A stretch of DNA of 54,439 bases, taken from assembly GCA_964639945.1 (NCBI GenBank), contig CAZXHY010000003.1:1-54439 (forward strand), written 5' to 3'. The translations under genes and the position numbers were made by a program. The notes beneath the pieces are model-generated. The model was not told where the DNA came from and searched no databases. It saw only the letters and a list, made by a program, of their open reading frames with translations. The stretch is from an uncultured Gammaproteobacteria bacterium. Lineage in GTDB: Bacteria > Patescibacteriota > Microgenomatia > UBA10105 > UBA927. Positions 37,999-45,932 of the stretch are shown in pieces; the stretch's first letter is position 1; each line of letters opens with the position of its first letter.

Positions 37999-40557
37999 AT
38001 GTATGAGATGTATCTAGAACGGCAGCGCAGAAAATACTTTGGTACCGCAACTGCGCGCATGAAATTTTGGAGCATGCTTGCCTACGGTGCGTTTATCGCA
38101 CTTATTGTTATTCTTTTGCTTATCGGGTTGTTATTTGCTTGGTATGCCAAAGATTTGCCTCGTCCTGATAAAGTACAACGCAGCACTGGCCTCTCTACTG
38201 TTATTATCGATCGAAACGGGCAACGACTCTATGACATCTTTCAGGAAGCTGATCGAATCCCAGCTGAATGGGGTGATCTCCCCCAGTACCTCAAAGACGC
38301 AACGGTCGCCGTCGAGGATAAGGATTTTTATAAACATCAGGGATTGTCTACGACAGGTATCTTGCGAGGAATGATCGCGTGTGTGGCGCTTAGGCGGTGT
38401 CAGGGAGGATCCACGTTGACTCAACAGTTAGTAAAAAACGCATTATTAAGTCAGGAACGCACGCTCCCTCGAAAAATGAAAGAGGCAGTGCTTGCTACAC
38501 AAATAGAGCGTAAGTACAGTAAGAATGAAATTCTTCTCATGTATCTCAATGAAGCGCCATATGGAGGAACCGCAGTCGGGGTAAAAGCTGCCTCACAAAA
38601 TTATTTTAATAAAGATGTGAAAAATTTAAGCCTTGTTGAGTCTGTTGTTTTGGCAGGACTTCCTCAGTCGCCGAGTTATTATTCTCCATTTACCGGAGAA
38701 GAAAAAGCCTATGTCCCACGAGCTACCCACGTGCTTCGTCGAATGCGAGAGGATGGATATATCACTCCGGTGCAAGAGGCGGACGCCAGAAAACAATTGG
38801 ATGCCGTGAAGTTTGCCGAGGGCGGAGAGTCGCTACGTGCGCCACATTTCGTCGCGTACGTCAAAGAATTGCTTATAAAAAGATTTGGTGAGAAAGCAGT
38901 AAACGCTGGAGGCATGAAAGTCACAACAACTATCGATTGGACGCTTCAAGAGAAAGCGCAGTTGGCAGTAAAAGAAGAGGTAGCAAAAGCTAAAAATCTC
39001 AAAGTATCAAATGGTGCGGCAGTAGTGTTGGATCCCAAGACGGGTGAAATTTTAGCCATGGTCGGTTCGAAAGATTATTCAGCAACAGATAGCTCTGGAT
39101 TTAAATTTAATGTTGTCACACAGGCATTGCGACAGCCGGGGTCTTCTATAAAACCTATATTGTATGCTGCCGCTTTGGCCAAAGGGTACACCGCAGCTCA
39201 GGCACTTATGGATGTGGACACTAAGTATCCATCGGGGGATGCTGCAAAACCTGACTATAACCCCAAAAACTATGATGGAAAATTTCGTGGTCTTACTCAG
39301 ATGCGATTTGCGCTCGCCAACTCCATAAACACTATAGCGGTAAAAACTACCGCCCTCGTAGGAACTCGTGAAGTGCTAAAAATTGCCTACGATATGGGTC
39401 TTACTACTCTTGAGCCAACCAATGACAATCTAAAGCGCCTTGGGCTTTCTATGGCGCTTGGAGGTGGTGAGGTGCACATGCTTGATTTGGCTAGTGCATT
39501 TGGTGTGTTTGCCGCCGAAGGGCAGCGGTCTGAGCCAGTCGCTATTTTGAAGGTTCAAGATGCAAAAGGTAAAGTGCTTTATGAATATAAACCAACCTCA
39601 GGGAAGTCTGTGTTGGATTCGGGTGTTGCATATATTATGTCCTCCATGCTTTCTGATAACGAAGCAAGAAAAGATGTCTTTGGTCTCAAATCGTATTTGT
39701 ATATAGCAGGAAAAACTGTTGCAGCAAAAACAGGTACGACTGATGACAAGCGAGACAACTGGACCGCAGGATACACGAAGTCTCGTGTGGTCGTGGCTTG
39801 GGTAGGAAATAACGACAATTCTCCCATGAGCCAAACATTGGCATCAGGAGTAACCGGAGCTGCGCCTATCTGGAATCGAATTATGCGAGAGGCAATCAAA
39901 GACTTGCCAGATGAGTCATTTGACAGGCCAAGCAATGTAATCGAATTAGAAATTGACGCCATGGGTGGAGGGTTACCTAAAGATGGCTATCCCACACGGA
40001 AAGAGTATTTTGTAAAAGGGACAGAGCCTACCACTCAAGCGCAGATCTATCAGTCGTTAAAAATCTCTCGTAAAGATTCCAATAAGCTTGCAAGCAACGT
40101 CGAAATAGCGACTGGTGATTATGACGAAAAATCGTTTATAGTTCTCCATGAAGATGACCCAGTTTCATCGGATGGTAAGAACCGCTGGCAAGAAGGTATT
40201 GATGCGTGGATAGCCAGTCAAGGCGATAACAAATACAAAGCACCACGCGAAACGTATCAAGGATCATCTGATCAGATAGTGCTTAGTGTCAAATCTCCTT
40301 CCGACAAATCGCAAATAAACAGTAGCAATGTGTCGGTTGAAGCAGAAGCTATCTCCAACAATGATATAGAAAAAATAGAAATTTTTGTCGATGGCACACG
40401 AGTGCGAGAAACATCAAATAAAACAATCTCGGAAAATATCGCAGTAAACGACGGACAACACACGATCAAAATAAAAGCGACGGATAAAAAAGGTGCGACA
40501 AGCGAGCGGGATATTCAGGTCTCCATAAATCAGCCGTTCCCCACATCTACTCCCTAA
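37999..40557 (+). CDS. Class A penicillin-binding protein (glycosyltransferase GT51 + transpeptidase) with C-terminal Ig-like extension
   Basis: 852 aa with a TM anchor. GT51 motifs are EDKDFYKHQG and GGSTLTQQ. Transpeptidase motifs are SSIKP (SxxK), SIN (SxN) and KTGTT. Confidence 0.93.
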   Translation: MYEMYLERQRRKYFGTATARMKFWSMLAYGAFIALIVILLLIGLLFAWYAKDLPRPDKVQRSTGLSTVIIDRNGQRLYDIFQEADRIPAEWGDLPQYLKDATVAVEDKDFYKHQGLSTTGILRGMIACVALRRCQGGSTLTQQLVKNALLSQERTLPRKMKEAVLATQIERKYSKNEILLMYLNEAPYGGTAVGVKAASQNYFNKDVKNLSLVESVVLAGLPQSPSYYSPFTGEEKAYVPRATHVLRRMREDGYITPVQEADARKQLDAVKFAEGGESLRAPHFVAYVKELLIKRFGEKAVNAGGMKVTTTIDWTLQEKAQLAVKEEVAKAKNLKVSNGAAVVLDPKTGEILAMVGSKDYSATDSSGFKFNVVTQALRQPGSSIKPILYAAALAKGYTAAQALMDVDTKYPSGDAAKPDYNPKNYDGKFRGLTQMRFALANSINTIAVKTTALVGTREVLKIAYDMGLTTLEPTNDNLKRLGLSMALGGGEVHMLDLASAFGVFAAEGQRSEPVAILKVQDAKGKVLYEYKPTSGKSVLDSGVAYIMSSMLSDNEARKDVFGLKSYLYIAGKTVAAKTGTTDDKRDNWTAGYTKSRVVVAWVGNNDNSPMSQTLASGVTGAAPIWNRIMREAIKDLPDESFDRPSNVIELEIDAMGGGLPKDGYPTRKEYFVKGTEPTTQAQIYQSLKISRKDSNKLASNVEIATGDYDEKSFIVLHEDDPVSSDGKNRWQEGIDAWIASQGDNKYKAPRETYQGSSDQIVLSVKSPSDKSQINSSNVSVEAEAISNNDIEKIEIFVDGTRVRETSNKTISENIAVNDGQHTIKIKATDKKGATSERDIQVSINQPFPTSTP

Positions 40558-40560
40558 CCT

Positions 40561-42585
40561 CTACTGGATGGTAATCTCAAACTGAGTGCTAAGCATATCT
40601 ACCATACGAGCGTGTATAGGGCGCACATCTTGCGCAGAAAGCGATGTCGATGGGTCACTGTACGTGATACGCAGTGAACGATTTTGTTCATATACGTCTA
40701 CCAGTTCGACTTCTTGGATTTTAGGATCTAGCGCGCGCAGAGCGGTGATGATGTCCCCCACTCTGGTGTTCTCCGTTACTGCGAATGTGATGTCTTCCAT
40801 CATTGGCGGGTAAGATGGTGCGATACTGTAGGGTTGTGACTGGCGCATGGGACTATCCGCGAGCGCTGAGAGTGACAGTTCCGCAACAAATGTTTCTGAA
40901 GGGATCGAGAGAGCAGATGCAATACGCGGATGTAGACGGCCAAATGATCCGATAACTTTTGTTTCAATCGTAATATTTCCTTGAATATCGGGATCAATGC
41001 TAGGATGTGTGCCACGGTTGGTCACATGCACATCGGAAAGACCCAAATTTCTAAGCAAGCCTTCTACGACACCACTTAAATCATAGAGGGTAAGCGCTCG
41101 AGGTTGCTTGTTCCACGAGGTTGTGGAAAGCTCACCGTGCATGATAAGTCCTAAGGCGTTTGTTTCCTCATAGTGTTTCTTTTCTTTTGCGTAGGTTTTT
41201 CCTATTTCAAATAATGCTATTCGTTTTTGGCGGAATCCAAGGCTGCGCTTGGCATAATCAACTAGGTTTGGTAACAGTGTGGGCCGCAATGTCGCTATCC
41301 CAGAATCTGGCGCATTTACGAGTGTTATCGGTGTGGCAAATGATCCGCTCTCTTGGTAAAGTGTGATTTGAGTGTTTGCGATGAGTGTTGAAGTGATAAC
41401 CTCATTGAGCTGCATGGTGATCAATCCATCCCGTACTCTATCCTCAAACAATACGTGTGTTGGTGTGCCCACAGTAGGCAGTTTGCCTGATAATGTTTCC
41501 ACAGGAATTTTCTCATATCCATAGATGCGTACGACTTCTTCTACGATATCCGCTTCATATTGAATGTCTGTTCGGAATGTAGGAACCGTTACCATGAGGG
41601 TAGATCTTTTCGACGTAACCTTGCATTGCAGGTTTTTGAGAATTGTAATGATTTCTTTGTTGGGAATAGATATGCCAACGAGTCTCGTAACAGTCAGCGG
41701 ATTGAATGCAATGATCGTTGGCGAAACAGGATTTGGATAATAGTCTGATACGTCACTTGTCACTTTTCCCTCTGCGATTTCTTCTAAAAGTTTGATTGCA
41801 CGAGCAAGAGTAAATGGTAGCTCTTCTGGATCTTGGTGTTTTTCATGTCTTCCACCGCCTTCTGTGCTTATTTTGTGTCGGCGTGCTGTGCGCCTGCAAT
41901 TTCCCCCATCGTAGACTGCAGTTTCTAAAAGTATAGATGTTGTAGAATCTGTGACTTTTGTTTTGGCGCCACCGATACAGGTAAGGCATTGGACGCCGCT
42001 ATCGTCGCAAATAGCGATATCTTCTGCTGTCAGTTTTACAGTCGTTCCCTGCTGAATAGTTTCAAATTTTTCGCCAGCTTTGGCCATGCGAAGGAAAAGT
42101 GTCTTTCCTTTTAGTTTATGCGCATCGAACGCATGCATCGGGTGACTGGTCTCTACCATGATGTAATTGGTTACATCGACGACATTATTGAGTGGTTCGA
42201 TGCCATAAGCCTTTAATCGTTTGGCTAGCCAATCGGGTGATGGTTTTACAACTACATCTAGTGTGACTCCTATATACCGTTTTACGAGTCCCTCTACCGA
42301 CTTATCTGCTTTTATAAGTGGTGATTTGGGGTTTGTTTTGGGAAGCTTGGCTACGCGTGGTAACGTAAGCGGCGTATTAAACACAGTGGAAATATCCCGT
42401 GCGACACCGATAAGCCCAAACATGTCTGCACGGTTTCCACGAAGTTCTAAATCTATGACTATTTCCCCTTCCACAATTTTGCGTTTGTCGAGCATGTGTC
42501 CAATCATGGTGAGTTTATCCGTCAGATCTGCTTCTGATTTTGGAAGTTTTACGTATTCGGATAGCCATGAAAGTGGTACGTTCAT
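40561..42585 (-). CDS. pheT: Phenylalanine--tRNA ligase beta subunit (lacks the B2 OB-fold tRNA-binding domain)
   Basis: 674 aa. The B1 start MNVPLSWLSEYV runs straight into IDLELRGNRADMFGLIGVARD, which occurs at about residue 150+ in E. coli PheT. B3/4, B5 and the C-terminal FDX-ACB-like regions are present. Confidence 0.9.
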   Translation of the reverse strand: MNVPLSWLSEYVKLPKSEADLTDKLTMIGHMLDKRKIVEGEIVIDLELRGNRADMFGLIGVARDISTVFNTPLTLPRVAKLPKTNPKSPLIKADKSVEGLVKRYIGVTLDVVVKPSPDWLAKRLKAYGIEPLNNVVDVTNYIMVETSHPMHAFDAHKLKGKTLFLRMAKAGEKFETIQQGTTVKLTAEDIAICDDSGVQCLTCIGGAKTKVTDSTTSILLETAVYDGGNCRRTARRHKISTEGGGRHEKHQDPEELPFTLARAIKLLEEIAEGKVTSDVSDYYPNPVSPTIIAFNPLTVTRLVGISIPNKEIITILKNLQCKVTSKRSTLMVTVPTFRTDIQYEADIVEEVVRIYGYEKIPVETLSGKLPTVGTPTHVLFEDRVRDGLITMQLNEVITSTLIANTQITLYQESGSFATPITLVNAPDSGIATLRPTLLPNLVDYAKRSLGFRQKRIALFEIGKTYAKEKKHYEETNALGLIMHGELSTTSWNKQPRALTLYDLSGVVEGLLRNLGLSDVHVTNRGTHPSIDPDIQGNITIETKVIGSFGRLHPRIASALSIPSETFVAELSLSALADSPMRQSQPYSIAPSYPPMMEDITFAVTENTRVGDIITALRALDPKIQEVELVDVYEQNRSLRITYSDPSTSLSAQDVRPIHARMVDMLSTQFEITIQ

Positions 42586-42588
42586 AAT

Positions 42589-44346
42589 TTAGTCCTTATA
42601 TCCTATGTCTCCGTTATATAAAGCTCTGATATCTGATATGCCATATCGTTGCATGACGATGCGATCGAGCCCCATCCCCCAAGCAAATCCTGAGTAGACT
42701 TGTGGATCTAAGCCCGCTTTTATGAACATGTTTGGATGTACCATGCCGGCTCCCAGCATTTCTATCCAGCCGCGCCCTTTGCATACAGTACATCCTTTTT
42801 TGTTACAAAATGCGCAGCTTATATCCACCCCGACTCCCGGCTCAACTTGTGGATAGTATTTACAACGAAATCGTGTCTCACGTGTAGACCCAAAGAATTT
42901 TTTTACAAATACATCGAGAGTACCTTTCAGTTGGGCGAGCGTTATATCTCGACCTACTGCCATGCCTTCGTATTGATAAAACATGATGTTATTGGTGGCA
43001 TTGGCATTTTCATATCGATATACCTTCCCCGGTATGACATATCGAAATGGCGGTGCAACTTCAGCCAACAAGTGACTTTCAACCGATGAAGTATGGGTGC
43101 GTAGTAGCCAGTTGGGCTCTTCGATATAGAGAGAGTCTTGTAGGTCACGCGCCGGATGATCCAGTGGAAGATTGAGTCTGTTGTAGTTATATTCATCATT
43201 TTCTATCTCAGGGCCATCGGCGACAGAAAACCCCATAGACTGAAAGATATCGTTCATTTCGCGAATGACTATGGTCGTGGGGTGCAAGTGTCCCTGTAGG
43301 GGTATATGACCTGAAAGTGTGATGTCTATGGTTTTTGTGTTTGTTTCTGTTTTTTTTGTCGCATTTGCTTGTTCTAGTGCTGATTCAATGACAAGCTTTA
43401 CTTGATTGATAACGATACCGACAGATTGTCTGTCTTGTGGGGGAACACCTTTTATAAGACGCGTCACGCTAGCGAACTCGCTTTTAGCCCCGAGCACTTC
43501 GAGTCTGAGCAAATCTGGCGCAGTTGTAGATGAAGCGATGTATGCGATAGCACTTTGTTGTACATCTAATAATTTTCCGGTAAGTTCTGCTGAGGTAACA
43601 GATGAAGAAATGATTTCTGTGGATACTTTTTCTTTATGCATGGATTCTATTTGATAGTACACACGGACGTGTTCGCCATCATTGGCAACCTCAGAAATGA
43701 TGATGGGTCCAACCTCGGATGCGGAGTGCACTTGTGTACCGCCGTCTGGGATTGGTGCGAAATCTCCCACTGTCAAAATACGAAGCGGTTTGTTTTTGGG
43801 CAAATGAGCGGGCACCCATGCGGCTCGTTTCATAAGCTCATCCAGACTTACAAATTCACAAACAAGCGTTGCATTTTTGGAAACAATTTGGTTCGCTTCC
43901 TTTTCGATAGCAAATTTTTTGTCTATGGTTAGACTGCCGATATATTCAATATAGGGCTTATCTCCGTGTTCACCCTTGAGTGGAGTTATATTTGGATCAA
44001 CAAGTTTTACTGCTTCGTGGATTATATGACCTGCGCTATGGACGCGCATGTTATGAAAGCGCGTGTCCCAATCAATCGTGGTGGTCACCTCGTCGCCGCT
44101 AGCCAGTTCTCCGGTCAGCGTGCATTCGTGAATCGCGACATCTTCGACGAGTCGAACATGGGTGACTTTGGCCAGCCCTTTGGGACCTACAATCGTACCT
44201 TTATCCGAAGGCTGTCCACCTCCTTGGGGATAAAAAATAGTTCGGTCAAGCGTTATCTCCCAATGTTTACCTTTTTTACTTACTGCAACAATTTTTGCAG
44301 TTAATTCTTTTTTGTAACTATCTGATAAATAGATAAGTTCTGTCAT
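42589..44346 (-). CDS. pheS: Phenylalanine--tRNA ligase alpha subunit with an N-terminal AlaX-M-like (Thr/Ala-tRNA synthetase editing, SAD) domain fusion
   Basis: The start is trimmed to the ATG at 44346 (MTELIYL...). The N-terminal 250 aa or so show LDRTIFYPQGGGQPSDKG and MRVHSAGHIIHEAV (HxxxH). The remainder is canonical PheS (coiled-coil arm, HPARD, class II motifs, GAGMVHP). Confidence 0.88.
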   Translation of the reverse strand: MTELIYLSDSYKKELTAKIVAVSKKGKHWEITLDRTIFYPQGGGQPSDKGTIVGPKGLAKVTHVRLVEDVAIHECTLTGELASGDEVTTTIDWDTRFHNMRVHSAGHIIHEAVKLVDPNITPLKGEHGDKPYIEYIGSLTIDKKFAIEKEANQIVSKNATLVCEFVSLDELMKRAAWVPAHLPKNKPLRILTVGDFAPIPDGGTQVHSASEVGPIIISEVANDGEHVRVYYQIESMHKEKVSTEIISSSVTSAELTGKLLDVQQSAIAYIASSTTAPDLLRLEVLGAKSEFASVTRLIKGVPPQDRQSVGIVINQVKLVIESALEQANATKKTETNTKTIDITLSGHIPLQGHLHPTTIVIREMNDIFQSMGFSVADGPEIENDEYNYNRLNLPLDHPARDLQDSLYIEEPNWLLRTHTSSVESHLLAEVAPPFRYVIPGKVYRYENANATNNIMFYQYEGMAVGRDITLAQLKGTLDVFVKKFFGSTRETRFRCKYYPQVEPGVGVDISCAFCNKKGCTVCKGRGWIEMLGAGMVHPNMFIKAGLDPQVYSGFAWGMGLDRIVMQRYGISDIRALYNGDIGYKD

Positions 44347-44401
44347 AGCATTAGTTTTATTATTGTACGTGTACCGCAATAGCCTTGGCAAGATCAACGA
44401 C

Positions 44402-44683
44402 TTATTTGGTTTTTCTATCTCTCCTTCTCGTTTTCATGGCGATAAGCGCCTCTTCTGTAGACGGGTACAGACGATCGCCAAGCCATTTTATAATTCGAGA
44501 TTTTCTACTGTCACTAATTTCATCATGAAACTTCAATAATCTACGTGCTCGTTTTCGAAATATCTGTAGGCCCCCTTCAAAATCTCCGTCTCTCACAAAC
44601 CGCAGACGGAGTAGCCCTTTGCGATAGAGCTCTTTTCCGTGATTTATTCGAACATCTTTTGATGGTAGTGATTTTTTTTCCAT
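44402..44683 (-). CDS. Small basic hypothetical protein
   Basis: 93-aa ORF rich in Arg/Lys. Its ATG directly abuts the U-tract of the upstream terminator, and an A8 run follows the start region. Confidence 0.4.
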   Translation of the reverse strand: MEKKSLPSKDVRINHGKELYRKGLLRLRFVRDGDFEGGLQIFRKRARRLLKFHDEISDSRKSRIIKWLGDRLYPSTEEALIAMKTRRRDRKTK

Positions 44684-44710
44684 AAAAAAACCCCGCTTGT
44701 TTGCGGGGTC
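44684..44710 (-). terminator. Rho-independent terminator (GACCCCGC-AAACAA-GCGGGGT + U7)
   Basis: On the minus strand, a 7-bp GC-rich stem and 6-nt loop are followed by TTTTTTT. It lies downstream of rplT. Confidence 0.75.
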
Positions 44711-44735
44711 CTCGTGTGCGTTATGTTTTTAGGCT

Positions 44736-44804
44736 TTATGCACAGAAAATCACCCCGCTTGGCGAGGTAAAGTAAAACCATGCTGAGACTCGGATATTTG
44801 TCAT
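44736..44804 (-). CDS. Candidate 22-aa leader peptide MTNIRVSAWFYFTSPSGVIFCA
   Basis: Hand translation. The ATG is 1 nt after the rplT stop (TAAcATG). It carries the aromatic cluster W-F-Y-F immediately 5' of hairpin segment 1, and its stop codon is 15 nt past segment 2. Confidence 0.3.
   Translation of the reverse strand: MTNIRVSAWFYFTSPSGVIFCA
44741..44767 (-). promoter_or_regulatory. Upstream hairpin CCUCGC-CAA-GCGGGG followed by UGAUUUUCU (weak terminator or attenuator segments 1:2)
   Basis: A 6-bp stem with one G-U pair. Its 3' arm with flanks (CAAGCGGGGT) is an exact 10-nt repeat of the 3' arm of the main terminator, so it can also pair with the CCCCGC arm at 44703-44708. Confidence 0.45.
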
Positions 44805-44805
44805 G

Positions 44806-45156
44806 TTAGTTAACAGATTTAACCTCTTCGAGAATTGCATCAAACGTAGATGCGTCTTCGACGACGAGATTTGCGAGTGTTTTGCGATCAAGCTCTATGT
44901 TTGCTCCTTTGAGTTTGTGGATGAACGCATTGTAGGAAAGTCCGCGCATTTTTACGGCTTCTGAGATACGAGTAATCCAAAGCTGTCGGAAATCTCGTTT
45001 TCTGTTTTTGCGACCAGCAAATGCGTATTCGCCAGCATGCAAGTATGCTTCTGTAGCCACAGAGATAAGTCTGCGGTTGGTCATTCTGTAGCCTTTGTTG
45101 GCTTGGAAGATTTTATTGTGTTTTGCTTTTGATGCTACTCCTCGTTTAACGCGCAT
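44806..45156 (-). CDS. rplT: 50S ribosomal protein L20
   Basis: 116 aa starting MRVKRGVASKAKHNKI. Confidence 0.95.
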   Translation of the reverse strand: MRVKRGVASKAKHNKIFQANKGYRMTNRRLISVATEAYLHAGEYAFAGRKNRKRDFRQLWITRISEAVKMRGLSYNAFIHKLKGANIELDRKTLANLVVEDASTFDAILEEVKSVN

Positions 45157-45168
45157 AAGATGCTCCTT

Positions 45169-45366
45169 TTAGTTTTGTAAAAATGTCTTTAGTTTTTTAG
45201 TAATTTTGGCTGAATCCAATTTTCGTGGATGATCTTGTCTTCGTTGTCTCGCTTTACTCTTGCGTCTTCGCAAATGTCGTGCGCCTTGTGCTCGATACAT
45301 AAGATCACCATTTTTGGTGACTTTGAATCGCTTGGCTACAATTTTTTTCGTCTTCATTTTGTGCAT
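45169..45366 (-). CDS. rpmI: 50S ribosomal protein L35
   Basis: 65 aa. MHKMKTKKIVAKRFKVTKNG matches the MPKMKT..AKRFK.T pattern. Confidence 0.92.
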   Translation of the reverse strand: MHKMKTKKIVAKRFKVTKNGDLMYRAQGARHLRRRKSKARQRRQDHPRKLDSAKITKKLKTFLQN

Positions 45367-45371
45367 AGTGT

Positions 45372-45932
45372 TTATTTTATAACCATTTCTGGTTTCTCTG
45401 CTTTTGCTTCTGCTTTTTTATCGCTTACTACCATGGCTGCAAGGACTCTTCCTTCCATCCGTGGCTCTCGAACCAATTTTACGACTCCGAGGTCTTTGAT
45501 AAAGCGATTAAGCACTTCAAATCCAAATTGTCGTCTCCCTAGCTCTCGACCCTTGAACATTACATTTACTTTTACTTGATTGCCGTGCTCTAAAAATTCT
45601 AAAGCTTTCCGCAATCTCGTGTCAAAGTCGTGTTGCCCTATAAATGGTCGCAGGCGAATCTCTTTGACGCCGACATTCTTCTGCGTCTTTTTTGCGTCTC
45701 GTTCCTTTTTCGCCTCTTGGTAACGAAACTTCTTGTAATCTATAAGTTTTGCAACTACTGGCTTTGCGTTTGGACCAATTTCTACCACATCCAAACCCAA
45801 TTCCTTTGCTTTCTGCAACGCTTCAATCTTTGAAACGATGCCGATTTGCTTACCTGTGTCATCCAGAAGCCGTATTTGTGGGCTCTGAATTTGATAATTT
45901 ATTCGGTAAAACTTATTCAACTTTCCTTTCAA
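45372..45932 (-). CDS. infC: Translation initiation factor IF-3 (TTG start)
   Basis: 186 aa. It shows RINYQIQSPQIRLLDD (compare RIN.EIR..EVRLI) and conserved N- and C-domains. The start codon TTG at 45932-45930 lies 20 nt inside the thrS 3' end. Confidence 0.9.
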   Translation of the reverse strand: MKGKLNKFYRINYQIQSPQIRLLDDTGKQIGIVSKIEALQKAKELGLDVVEIGPNAKPVVAKLIDYKKFRYQEAKKERDAKKTQKNVGVKEIRLRPFIGQHDFDTRLRKALEFLEHGNQVKVNVMFKGRELGRRQFGFEVLNRFIKDLGVVKLVREPRMEGRVLAAMVVSDKKAEAKAEKPEMVIK

